A stretch of 62,370 nucleotides of DNA, counting the filler. It is 6 parts of 6 records of this genome, joined end to end, with 100 filler letters (N's around TTAATTAATTAA, not from the genome) between each part and the next. Parts side by side here need not be neighbours in the genome. Positions count along the whole stretch, not along the records: positions 1 to 22,879 come from SRR2962707_4325; positions 22,980 to 33,460 come from SRR2962707_4338; 4 more parts are not named here. The stretch is one strand, 5' to 3'. The notes below the pieces were generated by a model that was not told the DNA's origin, did not search any database, and saw only the letters and a list, made by a program, of their open reading frames with translations. Every line of letters begins with the position of its first letter. Within the stretch, counting starts at the first letter, position 1. The position numbers and the translations under genes are program-made. Below are positions 18,114 through 28,616 of this stretch, one piece after another.

Positions 18114-19745
18114 ATGGCGAGAAGCGGGGGGCGCTCGGGCGCTGCCATCTGCCTTGCGCTCTTTGCCGGAGCCCTGCTGGGCCTCGGCGGGGGGAGCGCG
18201 CGTGCGGCCTATGAGGGCGCGCCCGACGGCGCGATCTTCGCCGATCACTTCGCGGTGCTCGAAGCGCATGAAAAGCTCCTGAACGGCGCACCCGCTAGCC
18301 GTCCGAAAACGCCCCCTGTCTCCTCGTTCCTTACGAGGCAGCGCCGGACCTCCCTGCCGCCGCTCCCCGACCTCCATGAAATAAAGGGGCTGACGGTCGA
18401 GACGCTGGCGACGAGGGCCAGCTGCCCGCGCTGCCAGCCGGGACCTGCGGCGGCGAGCCTCGGGCTACCCGTCGGTCTCTTCGAGGAAGCGCGCCGCGAT
18501 GCCCTCGCCAGGGGCTGGCGCGCGGGCTACGACGTCATGCGCGCCGTCGTGCCGCGCGCCGAACCGCCAGGCGTCAAAAGCCCTGCCGCGCGCCGCGCCT
18601 ACGCGCTGCGCTATGTTCGCCGCATCGTTCATGGCTGGCAGGTTGCCGCCGTCCGCACGCTGGGCGCGCAGAAGAAGATCACGGCCGAACAGTCCGCACG
18701 CTATCTCGCTGTGCTGAACAGGACGCTGCCGCCGCCGGGCGCCGCGCCCGACGCACCGCAGCGCATCCGCACGGGCTGGGTGTCCGACGCCGAAATGGAC
18801 ACGCTCGACCGCCGCACCGCGCCGCACGCCGCGCCGAAGAAACTCGCCGACGATGACGCGGCGCGCATCGAGGCGCTTTTCAGGCAGCCGACCGAAAAGG
18901 CCGGGAAGGAAAAGACGGGGGTCGAGGGCAGCGACAGCATCATTCCCTTCGCGCGGATCGCGACCGGATACGCCGAAAAAATGCTGCTCGGCGAAGCGGG
19001 AACGCTTGTTCCGGCCGATATGCAGGTATGGAGCGAAACGAGCGGTGCGTGGACGCTCGACGGCGCGAAGCATCGGCTGGTGGTGTCGGGCGGCGCAGCC
19101 TGGCCGCTCGACGAAACAACGAAGATCGGCGCCGCGATAAGCTGGGGCCGCTCCTGGCGCGACGCGAGCGCCGCCTGGGGCGCGGAATCGATCTATGTCT
19201 CGCCCTTCGTGACGCATGGCCTGACAGAGCATCTGAGCCTGCGTGCCTTCGCGGGCGCGGGCACCCGCACGGACCGCGTGGATGCAAGCGCGTACAGCGC
19301 CAGCTATAGCGGGTCGAGCCTCCATTCCGGCGCGAGCCTTGAAGGCTCGTGGAAGTTCGGCGGATTGCAGTTCAAGCCCGCAGGCGAAGTGAGCCTCAAC
19401 CGGATCGCTCTTCACTCCGCTTCGGCTTATGACGAGACGCGCTCGCGCGGCCGCGCAACCTGGCGCAACGGCTTTGTCTACGATGTGGCGGAGGAAGGAT
19501 TTTTCTCGAAGGTGCAGCCTTATGCGAATGTCGAAACGCACTGGACCTTCGACCGCGCCCTGCGCGACATGCCGGGTGCTGCGGAAAAACTCGACGATGA
19601 CCTCACCGGCGATATCGAGACCGGCGTGTTGCTCAAGGCGCTGGACGATCTTCTCGACATGAAGATGACGACGGGCATTGCCGATCTAGGGCCGGCCAAG
19701 GACACCAACTACACGGTTTCGGGAAAGATCAGCCTGCCTTTCTGA
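18114..19745 (+). CDS. Exported protein with a C-terminal autotransporter-like beta-barrel and atypical N-terminal region
   Basis: Signal peptide ending ARA; C-terminal ~250 aa of amphipathic strands ending YTVSGKISLPF. Confidence 0.6.
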   Translation: MARSGGRSGAAICLALFAGALLGLGGGSARAAYEGAPDGAIFADHFAVLEAHEKLLNGAPASRPKTPPVSSFLTRQRRTSLPPLPDLHEIKGLTVETLATRASCPRCQPGPAAASLGLPVGLFEEARRDALARGWRAGYDVMRAVVPRAEPPGVKSPAARRAYALRYVRRIVHGWQVAAVRTLGAQKKITAEQSARYLAVLNRTLPPPGAAPDAPQRIRTGWVSDAEMDTLDRRTAPHAAPKKLADDDAARIEALFRQPTEKAGKEKTGVEGSDSIIPFARIATGYAEKMLLGEAGTLVPADMQVWSETSGAWTLDGAKHRLVVSGGAAWPLDETTKIGAAISWGRSWRDASAAWGAESIYVSPFVTHGLTEHLSLRAFAGAGTRTDRVDASAYSASYSGSSLHSGASLEGSWKFGGLQFKPAGEVSLNRIALHSASAYDETRSRGRATWRNGFVYDVAEEGFFSKVQPYANVETHWTFDRALRDMPGAAEKLDDDLTGDIETGVLLKALDDLLDMKMTTGIADLGPAKDTNYTVSGKISLPF

Positions 19746-19754
19746 GCACGCGTC

Positions 19755-20282
19755 TCAGGCGGCCTTCGGCTTGTGGAAGTCGACCTTTGAGGGCGGCTTC
19801 GAATGCGGCAAATCGTTGGACTTGAGCGCCGCAAGCGCATGGTCCCGGTCTTCCTTCGTGAAGGCGCCGGTCGTCAGGCAGAACTCCACGAAATTGCCAT
19901 TCGGGTCTTTCGTATAGACCGAGTGACACCAGTTATGGTCGATCTCCAGCACGTCGAGCCCGGCATCGAGCCAGCGCTGGCGGCGCTGTTCGAGCTCCGC
20001 CTTGTCCTTCACGTCGAAGGAGATGTGGTTGATGTGGTCAGGCACACCCGCCGCCTTCGAGAGATTGGTCTCGAAATTCTCCGTGCCGGGCATATCGTGC
20101 ATTTCCCAGAAAGCGATGAACTTCGAGTCGTCTTCCATGCGGTAGAAGAAATGCTTCGCCCAGCCGCCTTCGGGCGAGGGGCCGATCTCGACCTTCACGA
20201 GTTCGAAGCCCATGACGCCTTCATAGAAGTTGTGGATCGCCTTCATGTCGCGCGCGGCGAGTGCCAGATGATGATAGCCCAT
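19755..20282 (-). CDS. VOC (glyoxalase/dioxygenase fold) family protein
   Basis: HHLAL...FYEGVMG, HISF, SVYTKDPNGNFVE. Confidence 0.92.
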   Translation of the reverse strand: MGYHHLALAARDMKAIHNFYEGVMGFELVKVEIGPSPEGGWAKHFFYRMEDDSKFIAFWEMHDMPGTENFETNLSKAAGVPDHINHISFDVKDKAELEQRRQRWLDAGLDVLEIDHNWCHSVYTKDPNGNFVEFCLTTGAFTKEDRDHALAALKSNDLPHSKPPSKVDFHKPKAA

Positions 20283-20286
20283 CTCT

Positions 20287-20928
20287 TCAGTCCTCCTTTT
20301 TGTCGACCATGCTCATGACATCGCTGGAACTGCCTGCCGGCGCGGCGATCTCGACGATGCGCTCGTCCACATCGTCATATTCGAGCCGAAGCGCGCGCGA
20401 CATCGTGGCGTGCATGTCATAGGTCGCGGTGATGTAGGTGAATTCGAGTATTTCTTCGTCCGAAAGATGCTTTTTCATCGCATCGAAGATCGCCTCCGGC
20501 ACACGGCCGCTCTGGAGCACGAGGCAATCCGTATAGGCAAGCAGCGCACGTTCGAGCGGGCTGAAGCAATCGGCAATCTGCCAATGCGGGATTGCCTCGA
20601 TCTGCTCTTCGGTGAAGCCGACATCGCGGCAGGCTTTGCAATGCTGCGAGAACACAAACTGGGAACCGCGCGCGAAACCGGCGCGAATCTGTCCAAGCTC
20701 CCGAAGCTTCGGACTGATTTTACGCTTGGGGTCCCGGTAGAACTGGAAGCCTTCGGTCGTATGTTTGAAGGCGTCGGGGACCAGCGCAAAGACGGTCCAC
20801 CAGTTGCCGGGCGTTCCAGTCGCCGTACCCGGCTCTTTCACCGGGTCGCGCTCGCCGAAAAGCATCTTGTATATCTGTTGCGCGAGCGGATCTGCGTCCG
20901 CCTTCGCGACCTGTCTCAATCTCGGCAT
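20287..20928 (-). CDS. Carboxymuconolactone decarboxylase (AhpD-like fold) family protein
   Basis: PKLRELGQIR...FVFSQH...FSPLERALLAYTD...LSDEEILE. Confidence 0.85.
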   Translation of the reverse strand: MPRLRQVAKADADPLAQQIYKMLFGERDPVKEPGTATGTPGNWWTVFALVPDAFKHTTEGFQFYRDPKRKISPKLRELGQIRAGFARGSQFVFSQHCKACRDVGFTEEQIEAIPHWQIADCFSPLERALLAYTDCLVLQSGRVPEAIFDAMKKHLSDEEILEFTYITATYDMHATMSRALRLEYDDVDERIVEIAAPAGSSSDVMSMVDKKED

Positions 20929-21007
20929 GCTCTTCCTCCAGTTGCATGACCGGCGGAAATGTAAGATAAACTGACGAATGACTCAAGGCGGAAAAGGCGG
21001 CCGAATA

Positions 21008-21475
21008 ATGGAGAGACAACCCGGACTTCTGATGGCGCAGTTGCTCAACCGCTTCATCTGGTTCGATGGCGCGCTGCAGAAGAGCCTCGATGCGCGGGGA
21101 CATGGCGGCGTGCGGCGGCTTGAATCCATGTGCATGGTCTATGTTCACGCAGGCGTGCGCCGGCCGACCGAACTCGCGCGACTTCTTGGCGTGACGCGGC
21201 AATCCGTGAACACGGCCTTGCGCGAGCTGGAGGAGAAGGGGCTGATCTACATGGCACCGGACCCGAAAGATGCGCGCTGCAAGCTGGTGAGTTTCGCGCC
21301 GGAAGGGGCGGCGATGCGGCAGGAGGCGCTTGAGATCGTGCTGGCCCTCGAAGCCGAACTCGAGGAACGGCTGGGAGAGAAGGCGGTCGGCGATCTCGCG
21401 CGGATCGTGAGCGCGGACTGGGGAGAGGCGCCGGTGCTGGAAGCGCCGCAGCGGAAAAGAAGGAAGAGAGCATGA
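21008..21475 (+). CDS. MarR-family transcriptional regulator (alternative start 20978)
   Basis: ELARLLGVTRQSVN...LEEKGLI...DPKDARCKLV. Confidence 0.92.
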   Translation: MERQPGLLMAQLLNRFIWFDGALQKSLDARGHGGVRRLESMCMVYVHAGVRRPTELARLLGVTRQSVNTALRELEEKGLIYMAPDPKDARCKLVSFAPEGAAMRQEALEIVLALEAELEERLGEKAVGDLARIVSADWGEAPVLEAPQRKRRKRA

Positions 21476-22350
21476 CGAGCCTGACCGACCTTCTCGCCGC
21501 GCCCGGCATCATCGTCGCGCCCGGCGCCTATGATGCGCTGTCGGCGAAGCTCGCCGCGAAGGCGGGCGCGAAAGTTGTCTACATGACGGGTTTCGGCGTC
21601 TCGGGCGCGAGCTTCGGGCTGCCGGATATCGGGCTCGTGAGCGCGGCCGAAATGAGCGAGCGCGTGCGCGCGATTGCAGGCGCCAGCACCCCGGTGCCGC
21701 TGATCGCCGATGGCGACAACGGCCATGGCGGACCGCTCAATGCGGCGAAGCTTGCCCGCGCCTATGAGGCTGCGGGGGCGGAATGCATCCAGATCGAGGA
21801 TCAGGTCTTCCCGAAGCGCTGCGGCCACATGGAGGGAAAGGAGGTCGTCGCGATAGAGGAAGCGGCCGCGAAAATCCGAGCGGCGGCGGAGGCGCGCGAC
21901 AGCCGCGACTTCAAGGTGATGGCGCGGACCGATGCGCGCGCGACGCATAACCTCGACGAGGCGCTCAGGCGCGGCGAGGCCTTTCTCGAGGCGGGCGCCG
22001 ACATTCTCTTCATCGAGGCGCCGCGCGACGAAAGCGAGATGCGGAAGGTCGCCGACACGTTCAAGGGCGTGCCGCTCGTCGCCAATATCGTGGAAGACGG
22101 CAAGACGCCTTATCTCGGCGCCAAGGCGCTGGAGGCGCTCGGCTTCAAGATCGCGCTCTTTCCCGTCTCGGCGCTGCTTGCGGTCACGGCGCGGCTCGAA
22201 GCCGCCTATGCGACGCTGGTGAAGGGGGAGGGCTTCGCCGAGGGCGAGCCGCGCGTTACCTTCCAGCGCTACAATGAGCTGATCGGCCTCAATGAGATGC
22301 TGGCCGATGTGGCCCAGATCACGAAAGAGATCGCGAAAGAGAGAGACTGA
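21472..22350 (+). CDS. Isocitrate lyase/PEP mutase superfamily enzyme
   Basis: PGAYDALSA, DGDNGHG, IEDQVFPKRCGH, ARTDA, AGADILFIE. Confidence 0.93.
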   Translation: MTSLTDLLAAPGIIVAPGAYDALSAKLAAKAGAKVVYMTGFGVSGASFGLPDIGLVSAAEMSERVRAIAGASTPVPLIADGDNGHGGPLNAAKLARAYEAAGAECIQIEDQVFPKRCGHMEGKEVVAIEEAAAKIRAAAEARDSRDFKVMARTDARATHNLDEALRRGEAFLEAGADILFIEAPRDESEMRKVADTFKGVPLVANIVEDGKTPYLGAKALEALGFKIALFPVSALLAVTARLEAAYATLVKGEGFAEGEPRVTFQRYNELIGLNEMLADVAQITKEIAKERD

Positions 22351-22778
22351 TGCCGAGCTGGGGGAACATCCTGAAGCGGATCGAGGCGGGCGAGATGGAG
22401 AAGGCGCCGCCGCATGTGACGGCGCTCAATCTCTATGCGGGAAAGCTCACCGTGCTGGAGCCCGGCCGCATCCGCTACGACTGGCCGGTCGATCCCGCCT
22501 ACATGAACCCCGTCGCCGTCTTCGGCGGCTATCTCGCGACGCTTGCCGACCAGACCTGCTCCTTCGCGCTGATGACCCTGCTGAAGGACGATCAGAACTT
22601 CACGACCGTGGACCTGCAGACGCATTTCTTCCGTCCCGTGACGGGAGGCGTGTTGTCATGCGAGGGCCATGTGCTCAACGTCTCGAAGACGCAGGCCTAT
22701 GTGGAAGCGGTCTTCACGAATTCCGAAGGCAAGATGGCGCTGAAGGCGCGGGCGGTGGAGCGGATTATTCCGGCGTAG
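22350..22778 (+). CDS. PaaI-family hotdog thioesterase
   Basis: NPVAVFGGYLATLAD, TVDLQTHFFRPV. Confidence 0.88.
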   Translation: MPSWGNILKRIEAGEMEKAPPHVTALNLYAGKLTVLEPGRIRYDWPVDPAYMNPVAVFGGYLATLADQTCSFALMTLLKDDQNFTTVDLQTHFFRPVTGGVLSCEGHVLNVSKTQAYVEAVFTNSEGKMALKARAVERIIPA

Positions 22779-22802
22779 TTTTTCCGCACTTAAAACAAGG
22801 GT

Positions 22803-22879
22803 GTCATTCCGGTGAAAGCCGGAATCCATGGGCCTTTCGGCGTTTTCGCGAGTCAGATGGACCCCGGCTTTCGCCGGGG
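22803..22879. repeat. REP-like palindromic doublet at the contig end
   Basis: GTCATTCCGGTGAAAGCCGGAATCCAT ... ATGGACCCCGGCTTTCGCCGGGG inverted pair; the contig breaks inside it. Confidence 0.75.
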
Positions 22880-22979
22880 NNNNNNNNNNNNNNNNNNNNN
22901 NNNNNNNNNNNNNNNNNNNNNNNTTAATTAATTAANNNNNNNNNNNNNNNNNNNNNNNNNNNNNNNNNNNNNNNNNNNN
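22880..22979. other. Artificial contig spacer
   Basis: N-run, TTAATTAATTAA (stops in all frames), N-run; 100 bp. Confidence 0.99.
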
Positions 22980-23678
22980 ATGATCTTCCAGGAGCCGATG
23001 ACCTCGTTGAATCCGAGTCTGCGCATCGGCCGGCAACTGGCGGAACCACTGCGCGTTCACGGTAGTGTGCCCAAGGACAAGGTTCGTGAGCGATGCATCG
23101 AACTGCTGCGCCAGGTGCGTATCGGTGATCCGGAAAAACGCCTCGACGCCTACCCCCATGAGCTATCCGGTGGCATGCGCCAGCGTGTCATGATCGCCAT
23201 GGGACTGGCCTGCCTGCCCCGGCTGATCATCGCCGACGAACCCACCACTGCCCTGGACGTCACGGTGCAGGCGCAAATTCTGGAACTGCTGCGCGATATC
23301 ACCCGCGCCAGTCAGTCGTCGATGATGCTGATCACTCACGACCTCGGCGTGGTGGCCCGCTACGCCGACCGCATCAACGTCATGTACGCCGGCCGCATCG
23401 TCGAGCGCGGCACCGCCCACGATATTTTTCATCGGCCACGCCATCCTTACACCGTGGGCCTGATGGAATCCATGCCACGGCTCAACGACGCCCTTGGCAA
23501 TCGTCTGACACCCATCCCCGGCTCGCCGCCGGATCTGTCCGATCCTCCGCCCGGGTGCCCGTTCCACCCCCGTTGTCGCTTCGCCCAGCCCCGTTGCAAG
23601 CAGGAACGGCCTCCGCTGGAGCGGCTCGATGAAGAACATTGGAAAGCCTGCTGGGTGAATCTCGATGACACACACTGA
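22980..23678 (+). CDS. Peptide/nickel ABC transporter ATP-binding protein (OppD/DppD-like), 5' truncated
   Basis: [44 protein letters not shown]. Confidence 0.95.
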   Translation: MIFQEPMTSLNPSLRIGRQLAEPLRVHGSVPKDKVRERCIELLRQVRIGDPEKRLDAYPHELSGGMRQRVMIAMGLACLPRLIIADEPTTALDVTVQAQILELLRDITRASQSSMMLITHDLGVVARYADRINVMYAGRIVERGTAHDIFHRPRHPYTVGLMESMPRLNDALGNRLTPIPGSPPDLSDPPPGCPFHPRCRFAQPRCKQERPPLERLDEEHWKACWVNLDDTH

Positions 23679-24738
23679 CTCTCATACCGACGTCACCGCC
23701 CCCTTGCTCCAGGTCAGCGGCCTGAAAGTACACTTTCCTTTGCGCCCGGGTTTGTTCGGCAAACCCGCCGCCATGGTCAAGGCGGTGGACGGTGTCGATT
23801 TCACCGTGCATCGCGGCGAAACCCTGGGCCTGGTGGGCGAATCCGGTTGCGGCAAGTCCACCACCGGTCTGGCGGTACTGCGTATGACCCCGCTCACGGA
23901 AGGACGCATCGTCTTTGACGGCGAGGATATCAGCCATCCGGACGCGGCCACCACGAAGCGGCTGCGGCGCAAGATGCAAATGGTCTATCAGGACCCGTTC
24001 GGGGCGCTCAACCCCCGTATGCGCGTACTGGATATCATCGGCGAACCGCTGCGCGTGCACCGGCTTACCCGCACCCGGGCGGAATACCGGGAACGGGTCA
24101 TGGATCTGCTCGACCGGGTCGGTCTCAAAGCGGAAATGGCCGACCGCTATCCCCACGAATTCTCCGGCGGGCAACGACAGCGCATCGGTATCGCCCGGGC
24201 TCTGGCGGCGGATCCGTCACTGATCATCTGCGACGAGCCGGTGTCCGCCCTGGACGTGTCGATCCAGGCCCAGGTCATCAATCTGCTGGAAGATCTGCAA
24301 CGGGATCTCGGCCTGACCTATTTATTCGTTGCCCACGACCTGGCGGTGGTGCGCCACCTTTGTCACCGCATCGTGGTGATGTATCTGGGGCGGGTAGTGG
24401 AAGTGGCGGATCGGGAGCGGCTGTATCAGGCACCGCGCCATCCTTATACCCAGGCGCTGCTGGGCGCCATTCCCATCGCCGATCCGGACCCGGAGGTCCA
24501 GGCCCGCTTCAACCCTTCGGTCGACGGCGAAGTCCCCAGCCCCATCGATCCGCCTCCGGGCTGCCCGTTCCATCCCCGCTGTCCCCACGCCACCGATCTG
24601 TGCCGCCGCGAGGCACCAAGGCCGATCGACGTGGAAGACGGCCACAGCGTCGCCTGTCATCTTCACGACCCGTCCCGGGCGGCGGAGATGAATCACTCCG
24701 AACCTTCATACCAAGAACAAGCGAGGAACATCGCATGA
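23665..24738 (+). CDS. Peptide/nickel ABC transporter ATP-binding protein (OppF/DppF-like)
   Basis: [33 protein letters not shown]. Confidence 0.96.
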   Translation: MTHTDSHTDVTAPLLQVSGLKVHFPLRPGLFGKPAAMVKAVDGVDFTVHRGETLGLVGESGCGKSTTGLAVLRMTPLTEGRIVFDGEDISHPDAATTKRLRRKMQMVYQDPFGALNPRMRVLDIIGEPLRVHRLTRTRAEYRERVMDLLDRVGLKAEMADRYPHEFSGGQRQRIGIARALAADPSLIICDEPVSALDVSIQAQVINLLEDLQRDLGLTYLFVAHDLAVVRHLCHRIVVMYLGRVVEVADRERLYQAPRHPYTQALLGAIPIADPDPEVQARFNPSVDGEVPSPIDPPPGCPFHPRCPHATDLCRREAPRPIDVEDGHSVACHLHDPSRAAEMNHSEPSYQEQARNIA

Positions 24739-26444
24739 CTCTGCGCACTCTTCGAACCACTCTGGTTCTGGCCACGCTCGGCGCCGCCGGTGCTATCCAG
24801 GCCGCCGAGGAAGCAACCCCCCAGCTCGGCGGCACCGTGAATATCTCCACCATGTACCGCACTCTGGATGCCACTACCTGGGATTTGCAGAACTGGACCT
24901 GGAAAGGCAACCACGACAATCTGCAACTGGAATCCCTGCTGCGCGGCGATCTGCAATACGGCCCGCGTGGCAAGAACGAAAATTCTTTCGTCGAGCAGGC
25001 CTATATTCCCTACAACCAGTTGGAAGGCAGCCTGGCGGAAAGCTGGGAGGTGAAGGAAGACCCCATGCGGGTGATCTTCCACCTGCGCAAGGGCGTCCAG
25101 TGGCAGGAAGTGCCCGGCGTGATGAAAAAGCGGGAGCTGGTGGCCAACGACGTCATCACTTCGTTCCAAAGCCGTGGCGAGAGTCCCCGCGCCATCCCCA
25201 CCTTCTGGGATTTCATCGAGCGCTGGGAAGCGCCGGATGACCACACCGTGATCGCTTATTTCAACCAGTTCCACGGCAACTGGCCGTACCGGATTGCCTG
25301 GGGATACTACGACGGCATCTCTCCGCCGGAGTGGCAGAATCTCAGCGAAGAGAAACGCGCGGACTGGCGTAATGCCGCCGGCACCGGGCCTTATCGCATC
25401 GAAAAAATCGAGACCGGTCGTCAGCAGGTGTACGCGAAGAACGACGACTATTGGGATTCGGTGACCCTCAACGGCAAGGAATACCCGCTGCCGCTGAACG
25501 ATAAAGTGGTCTATCACATCATCAAGGATGAGGCGAGCGCGGTGGCGGCGCTCAGTTCCGGCCGCATCGATATCATGGAGGCGATCCGCTGGCAGTTGGT
25601 GGATCAGTTGAAGAAAACCGCGCCGGAGCTCCAGTTCCGCAAAAACCTTTCCACCAATGGCACTTACATCGCCCTGCGCACCGATCAAAAACCCTTCAAT
25701 GATGTACGCGTGCGCCGCGCCCTGAACATCGCGGTGGACCAGAAAGCCATTCTCTCCTCGCTGCTCAACGGTGAGGGCGAATTGCTCAACTACCCCTTCG
25801 CGCAGCGCTGGACCGAATTCTACACCCCGCTGGATCAGCTCTCCCCCGAAGCCCGTGAATTGTTCGAGTACGATCCGGAGAAAGCGAAAAAACTGCTGGC
25901 CGAAGCCGGTTATCCAAAAGGCTTCAGCTTCGATCTGCAGGTCTGCTCCTGCAGCCCCTACCACATGGATGTGGCGCCCATGCTGCAGGCTTACTACCAG
26001 CAGGTCGGTGTGAAAGTGAACATCAAGACCATGGAGTATGGTGCCTTCCGCTCCAACATGCGCGGCAAGACCCAGGCCGGCGGCTATCTGATGAACAACG
26101 GCTCCGGTAACCCGATCCAGGTCCTGCGCAAGAGCTTCCGCACCGATCAGACCTGGAACGCTTCCTGGTACAGCAACGAGGAGTTTGACCGGAAGATCGA
26201 CGCCGCCATCAAGGAACCGGACACCGAGAAACGCAATGCGATGCTGAAAGAGTTGAATGATTTCATCATCGAGGAAGCCGTGCCGCACGTGTGGCTGCCC
26301 ACGGAAATGGGCTACTCCGCCTGGTGGCCGTGGGTGAAGAACTACTACGGTGAGCAACGTATCGGCGCGGTCAAACCCAACGCCATCTACTCACGCATCT
26401 GGATTGATCAGAAGATGAAGGAAAGCATGGGCAAAGCACGCTGA
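24735..26444 (+). CDS. ABC transporter substrate-binding protein, family 5
   Basis: Signal peptide; LAESWE, HLRKGVQW, GTGPY, PFNDVRVRRAL, YDPEKAKKLLAEAGY. Confidence 0.93.
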   Translation: MTLRTLRTTLVLATLGAAGAIQAAEEATPQLGGTVNISTMYRTLDATTWDLQNWTWKGNHDNLQLESLLRGDLQYGPRGKNENSFVEQAYIPYNQLEGSLAESWEVKEDPMRVIFHLRKGVQWQEVPGVMKKRELVANDVITSFQSRGESPRAIPTFWDFIERWEAPDDHTVIAYFNQFHGNWPYRIAWGYYDGISPPEWQNLSEEKRADWRNAAGTGPYRIEKIETGRQQVYAKNDDYWDSVTLNGKEYPLPLNDKVVYHIIKDEASAVAALSSGRIDIMEAIRWQLVDQLKKTAPELQFRKNLSTNGTYIALRTDQKPFNDVRVRRALNIAVDQKAILSSLLNGEGELLNYPFAQRWTEFYTPLDQLSPEARELFEYDPEKAKKLLAEAGYPKGFSFDLQVCSCSPYHMDVAPMLQAYYQQVGVKVNIKTMEYGAFRSNMRGKTQAGGYLMNNGSGNPIQVLRKSFRTDQTWNASWYSNEEFDRKIDAAIKEPDTEKRNAMLKELNDFIIEEAVPHVWLPTEMGYSAWWPWVKNYYGEQRIGAVKPNAIYSRIWIDQKMKESMGKAR

Positions 26445-27311
26445 TCACGGCACCGCTTCCCGCAACACGGCCCCCAGGGCCGTTTCCCCCGCGCCCGGCT
26501 CATGCCGGGCGTGTCGTACCCAGTACAGCGGCCGAACCAAACGCTGGTGCGGCCCCGGTACCGTACCCAGCCGACCGTCGGCCAGTGCCGCGCTCACACT
26601 GGTCTCGCTGACATAGCCGACACCGGCCCCGGCCATCAGCGCCTGGCGCACCGCCTCGCCGGCCCCCAGTTCCAGTATCCGTTCCGGTTCCGGAAAGTCC
26701 GCCCCCAGACTACGTTCAATCACCGCCCGTGTGCCCGAACCAGGCTCGCGCATCACCCAGGGCCAATGGGCGGGATCCGGCTTCAATGTCTCCACCACCG
26801 ATGGGGCCGCCACCCGCAATAGCACATCGTCACGCCAATGCCGCACCCGCAGCAGGGCGTGGGACACCGGCCCCTCCACCAGCGCCAGATCCACTTTCAA
26901 TTCCAGCAGCAATGCCACCGCCTGGCGGGTATTGACCACATCCATCCGGACCCGCGCCCGCGGATGGCGCTGCCTGAATGTGGATAACAATGGCGGCAGA
27001 TAGTAATTACCCAAAGTGTGGGTGGCGGCCAGCATCACCTCCAACGGGGGCGACTGGAACAGCCTCTCGCAACGGGCGAGCTGTGTCAGCAAGGCGCGGG
27101 CTTCCGGAATCAGCGCCCGCCCCCGGTCATTCAGAACCAGCCCGCGACCAACACGGTCGAACAGCCGTGCGTCCAGCCGCTGCTCCAACTGCGCCAGGCC
27201 CTGACTCACCGCCGGCTGGGTCAGCGCCACCCGTTCCGCCGCCGCCGCCACTGAACCGGTTTCCGCCACCGCCAGGAACAGCCGCCATTGTTTTAGTGTC
27301 GTTTCATTCAT
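26445..27311 (-). CDS. LysR-family regulator (YeiE/CysL-like)
   Basis: LysR HTH (LTQPAVSQ...LFDRVGR); TLGNYYLP, WVMREPGSGTR; divergent from a YeiH-type gene. Confidence 0.92.
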   Translation of the reverse strand: MNETTLKQWRLFLAVAETGSVAAAAERVALTQPAVSQGLAQLEQRLDARLFDRVGRGLVLNDRGRALIPEARALLTQLARCERLFQSPPLEVMLAATHTLGNYYLPPLLSTFRQRHPRARVRMDVVNTRQAVALLLELKVDLALVEGPVSHALLRVRHWRDDVLLRVAAPSVVETLKPDPAHWPWVMREPGSGTRAVIERSLGADFPEPERILELGAGEAVRQALMAGAGVGYVSETSVSAALADGRLGTVPGPHQRLVRPLYWVRHARHEPGAGETALGAVLREAVP

Positions 27312-27359
27312 AAATTTATTTTAGTTATAAGTTTATAATTATCAAATATTATTATTTAT
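27310..27359. promoter_or_regulatory. AT-rich divergent promoter region with a probable LysR box
   Basis: Nearly pure A/T tract in high-GC DNA with ATAA-N8-TTAT and TTATAA-GT-TTATAA dyads. Confidence 0.55.
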
Positions 27360-27410
27360 GGCGCTTCGGCATAGTGGCTTGACCTTGCCAAAGGATCAAA
27401 GGAACCACCG

Positions 27411-28463
27411 ATGCGCACGCTCTCTCTCGCTCTGCCCCGCCCGCACTGGCCCATGGCGCTGCTGGTCCTGGCCTGCGCCCTGGCCGGAATAGGGCTGGCC
27501 CACAGCCGGCTGGCTCAACACTGGGGACTGGGCGCGCTGGCCCTGGCCATGCTGCTCGGCCTGGTGGTGGCGCAACCGCTGCCAGCGCCACTGCGCGAGG
27601 CCGGCGGATCCGCCCTGGCGCTGTTCAAGGGGCCGATTCTGAAAATCGCCATCGTCCTGTATGGACTGCGCATCCCCCTGGACGCGGTGAGCGAACTGGG
27701 CCTCGGCGTGATTGCCCTGAACGCGGGACAAATCGCCTTGAGCCTCGTACTCGGCGGCTGGCTGGGGCAGCGCTGGCTGGGCATGAGCCGCGCCGCCGCG
27801 CTCTCCATCGGTGCCGGCAATGGTATCTGCGGTGCCGCCGCGGTGCTCGCCGCCGAGCCCGTACTGGGAACCCGCGACCGGGATACCGCCATGGCGGTGG
27901 CGGCGGTGGTGGTGTTCGGCACGCTCAACATGCTGCTGTTACCACTGCTGTATCACCATCTGCCAACGCTGTTTCCGGACCAGAATCACTTCGCCGTGCT
28001 GGTGGGAGCCAGCGTCCAGGAGGTGGCCCAGGTGATCGTCGCCGCCCAGGCCATGTCGCCGGCGCTGGTGGACAGTGCCCTGCTGGTTAAAATGGTTCGG
28101 GTCATGATGCTGGCGCCGGTACTGCTGATACTGGGCATGGGTGCGCAGCGCGCCGCCGCCGCTGGCGCCGGTACCAGCATCGCAAACAGTGGCATCAGGG
28201 CACGGCCGGTGCTGCCCGCTTTCGCCTTCTGGTTCGTCGGTGCCCTGGTGGTCAACGGCCTGGGCTGGGTGCCCGATTCCCTGGCTTCTCCTCTGGCCGG
28301 CCTGGACGACATTCTGCTGGCGCTGGCGATGGCGGCACTGGGCTTGAGCACCCACTTTGATTTGCTCCGCCGGGCCGGATGGCGGCCTCTGGCCCTGGGC
28401 GCGATTCTCTGGCTCGCCACCCTGGCGGTGGTCTTCGCCGCCCTGTTGAGCGGGGCTGTTTGA
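27411..28463 (+). CDS. YeiH-family putative sulfate/sulfite exporter
   Basis: About 10 TM segments; IVLYGLR, GNGICGAAAV, EVAQV, VKMVRVMMLAP, AMAALGL. Confidence 0.92.
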   Translation: MRTLSLALPRPHWPMALLVLACALAGIGLAHSRLAQHWGLGALALAMLLGLVVAQPLPAPLREAGGSALALFKGPILKIAIVLYGLRIPLDAVSELGLGVIALNAGQIALSLVLGGWLGQRWLGMSRAAALSIGAGNGICGAAAVLAAEPVLGTRDRDTAMAVAAVVVFGTLNMLLLPLLYHHLPTLFPDQNHFAVLVGASVQEVAQVIVAAQAMSPALVDSALLVKMVRVMMLAPVLLILGMGAQRAAAAGAGTSIANSGIRARPVLPAFAFWFVGALVVNGLGWVPDSLASPLAGLDDILLALAMAALGLSTHFDLLRRAGWRPLALGAILWLATLAVVFAALLSGAV

Positions 28464-28616
28464 ATGTCTTTTTAAGGAAAGCCGTGTAGCCCCTCCATCA
28501 GGGACAGCGGGTCTGTGCGGAGGCCTCCCGCCACCGCCTGCCGGTCCCGACCGGGCTGGCTTATACTCCGGGCAAAATAACAAAGCCAGGCACCCGCCCC
28601 GGCTCAGGAGAGCACT

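Noticed and set aside
22924..22935. TTAATTAATTAA as a CtrA site or biological repeat
   Set aside because: Assembly linker repeated identically in all five gaps
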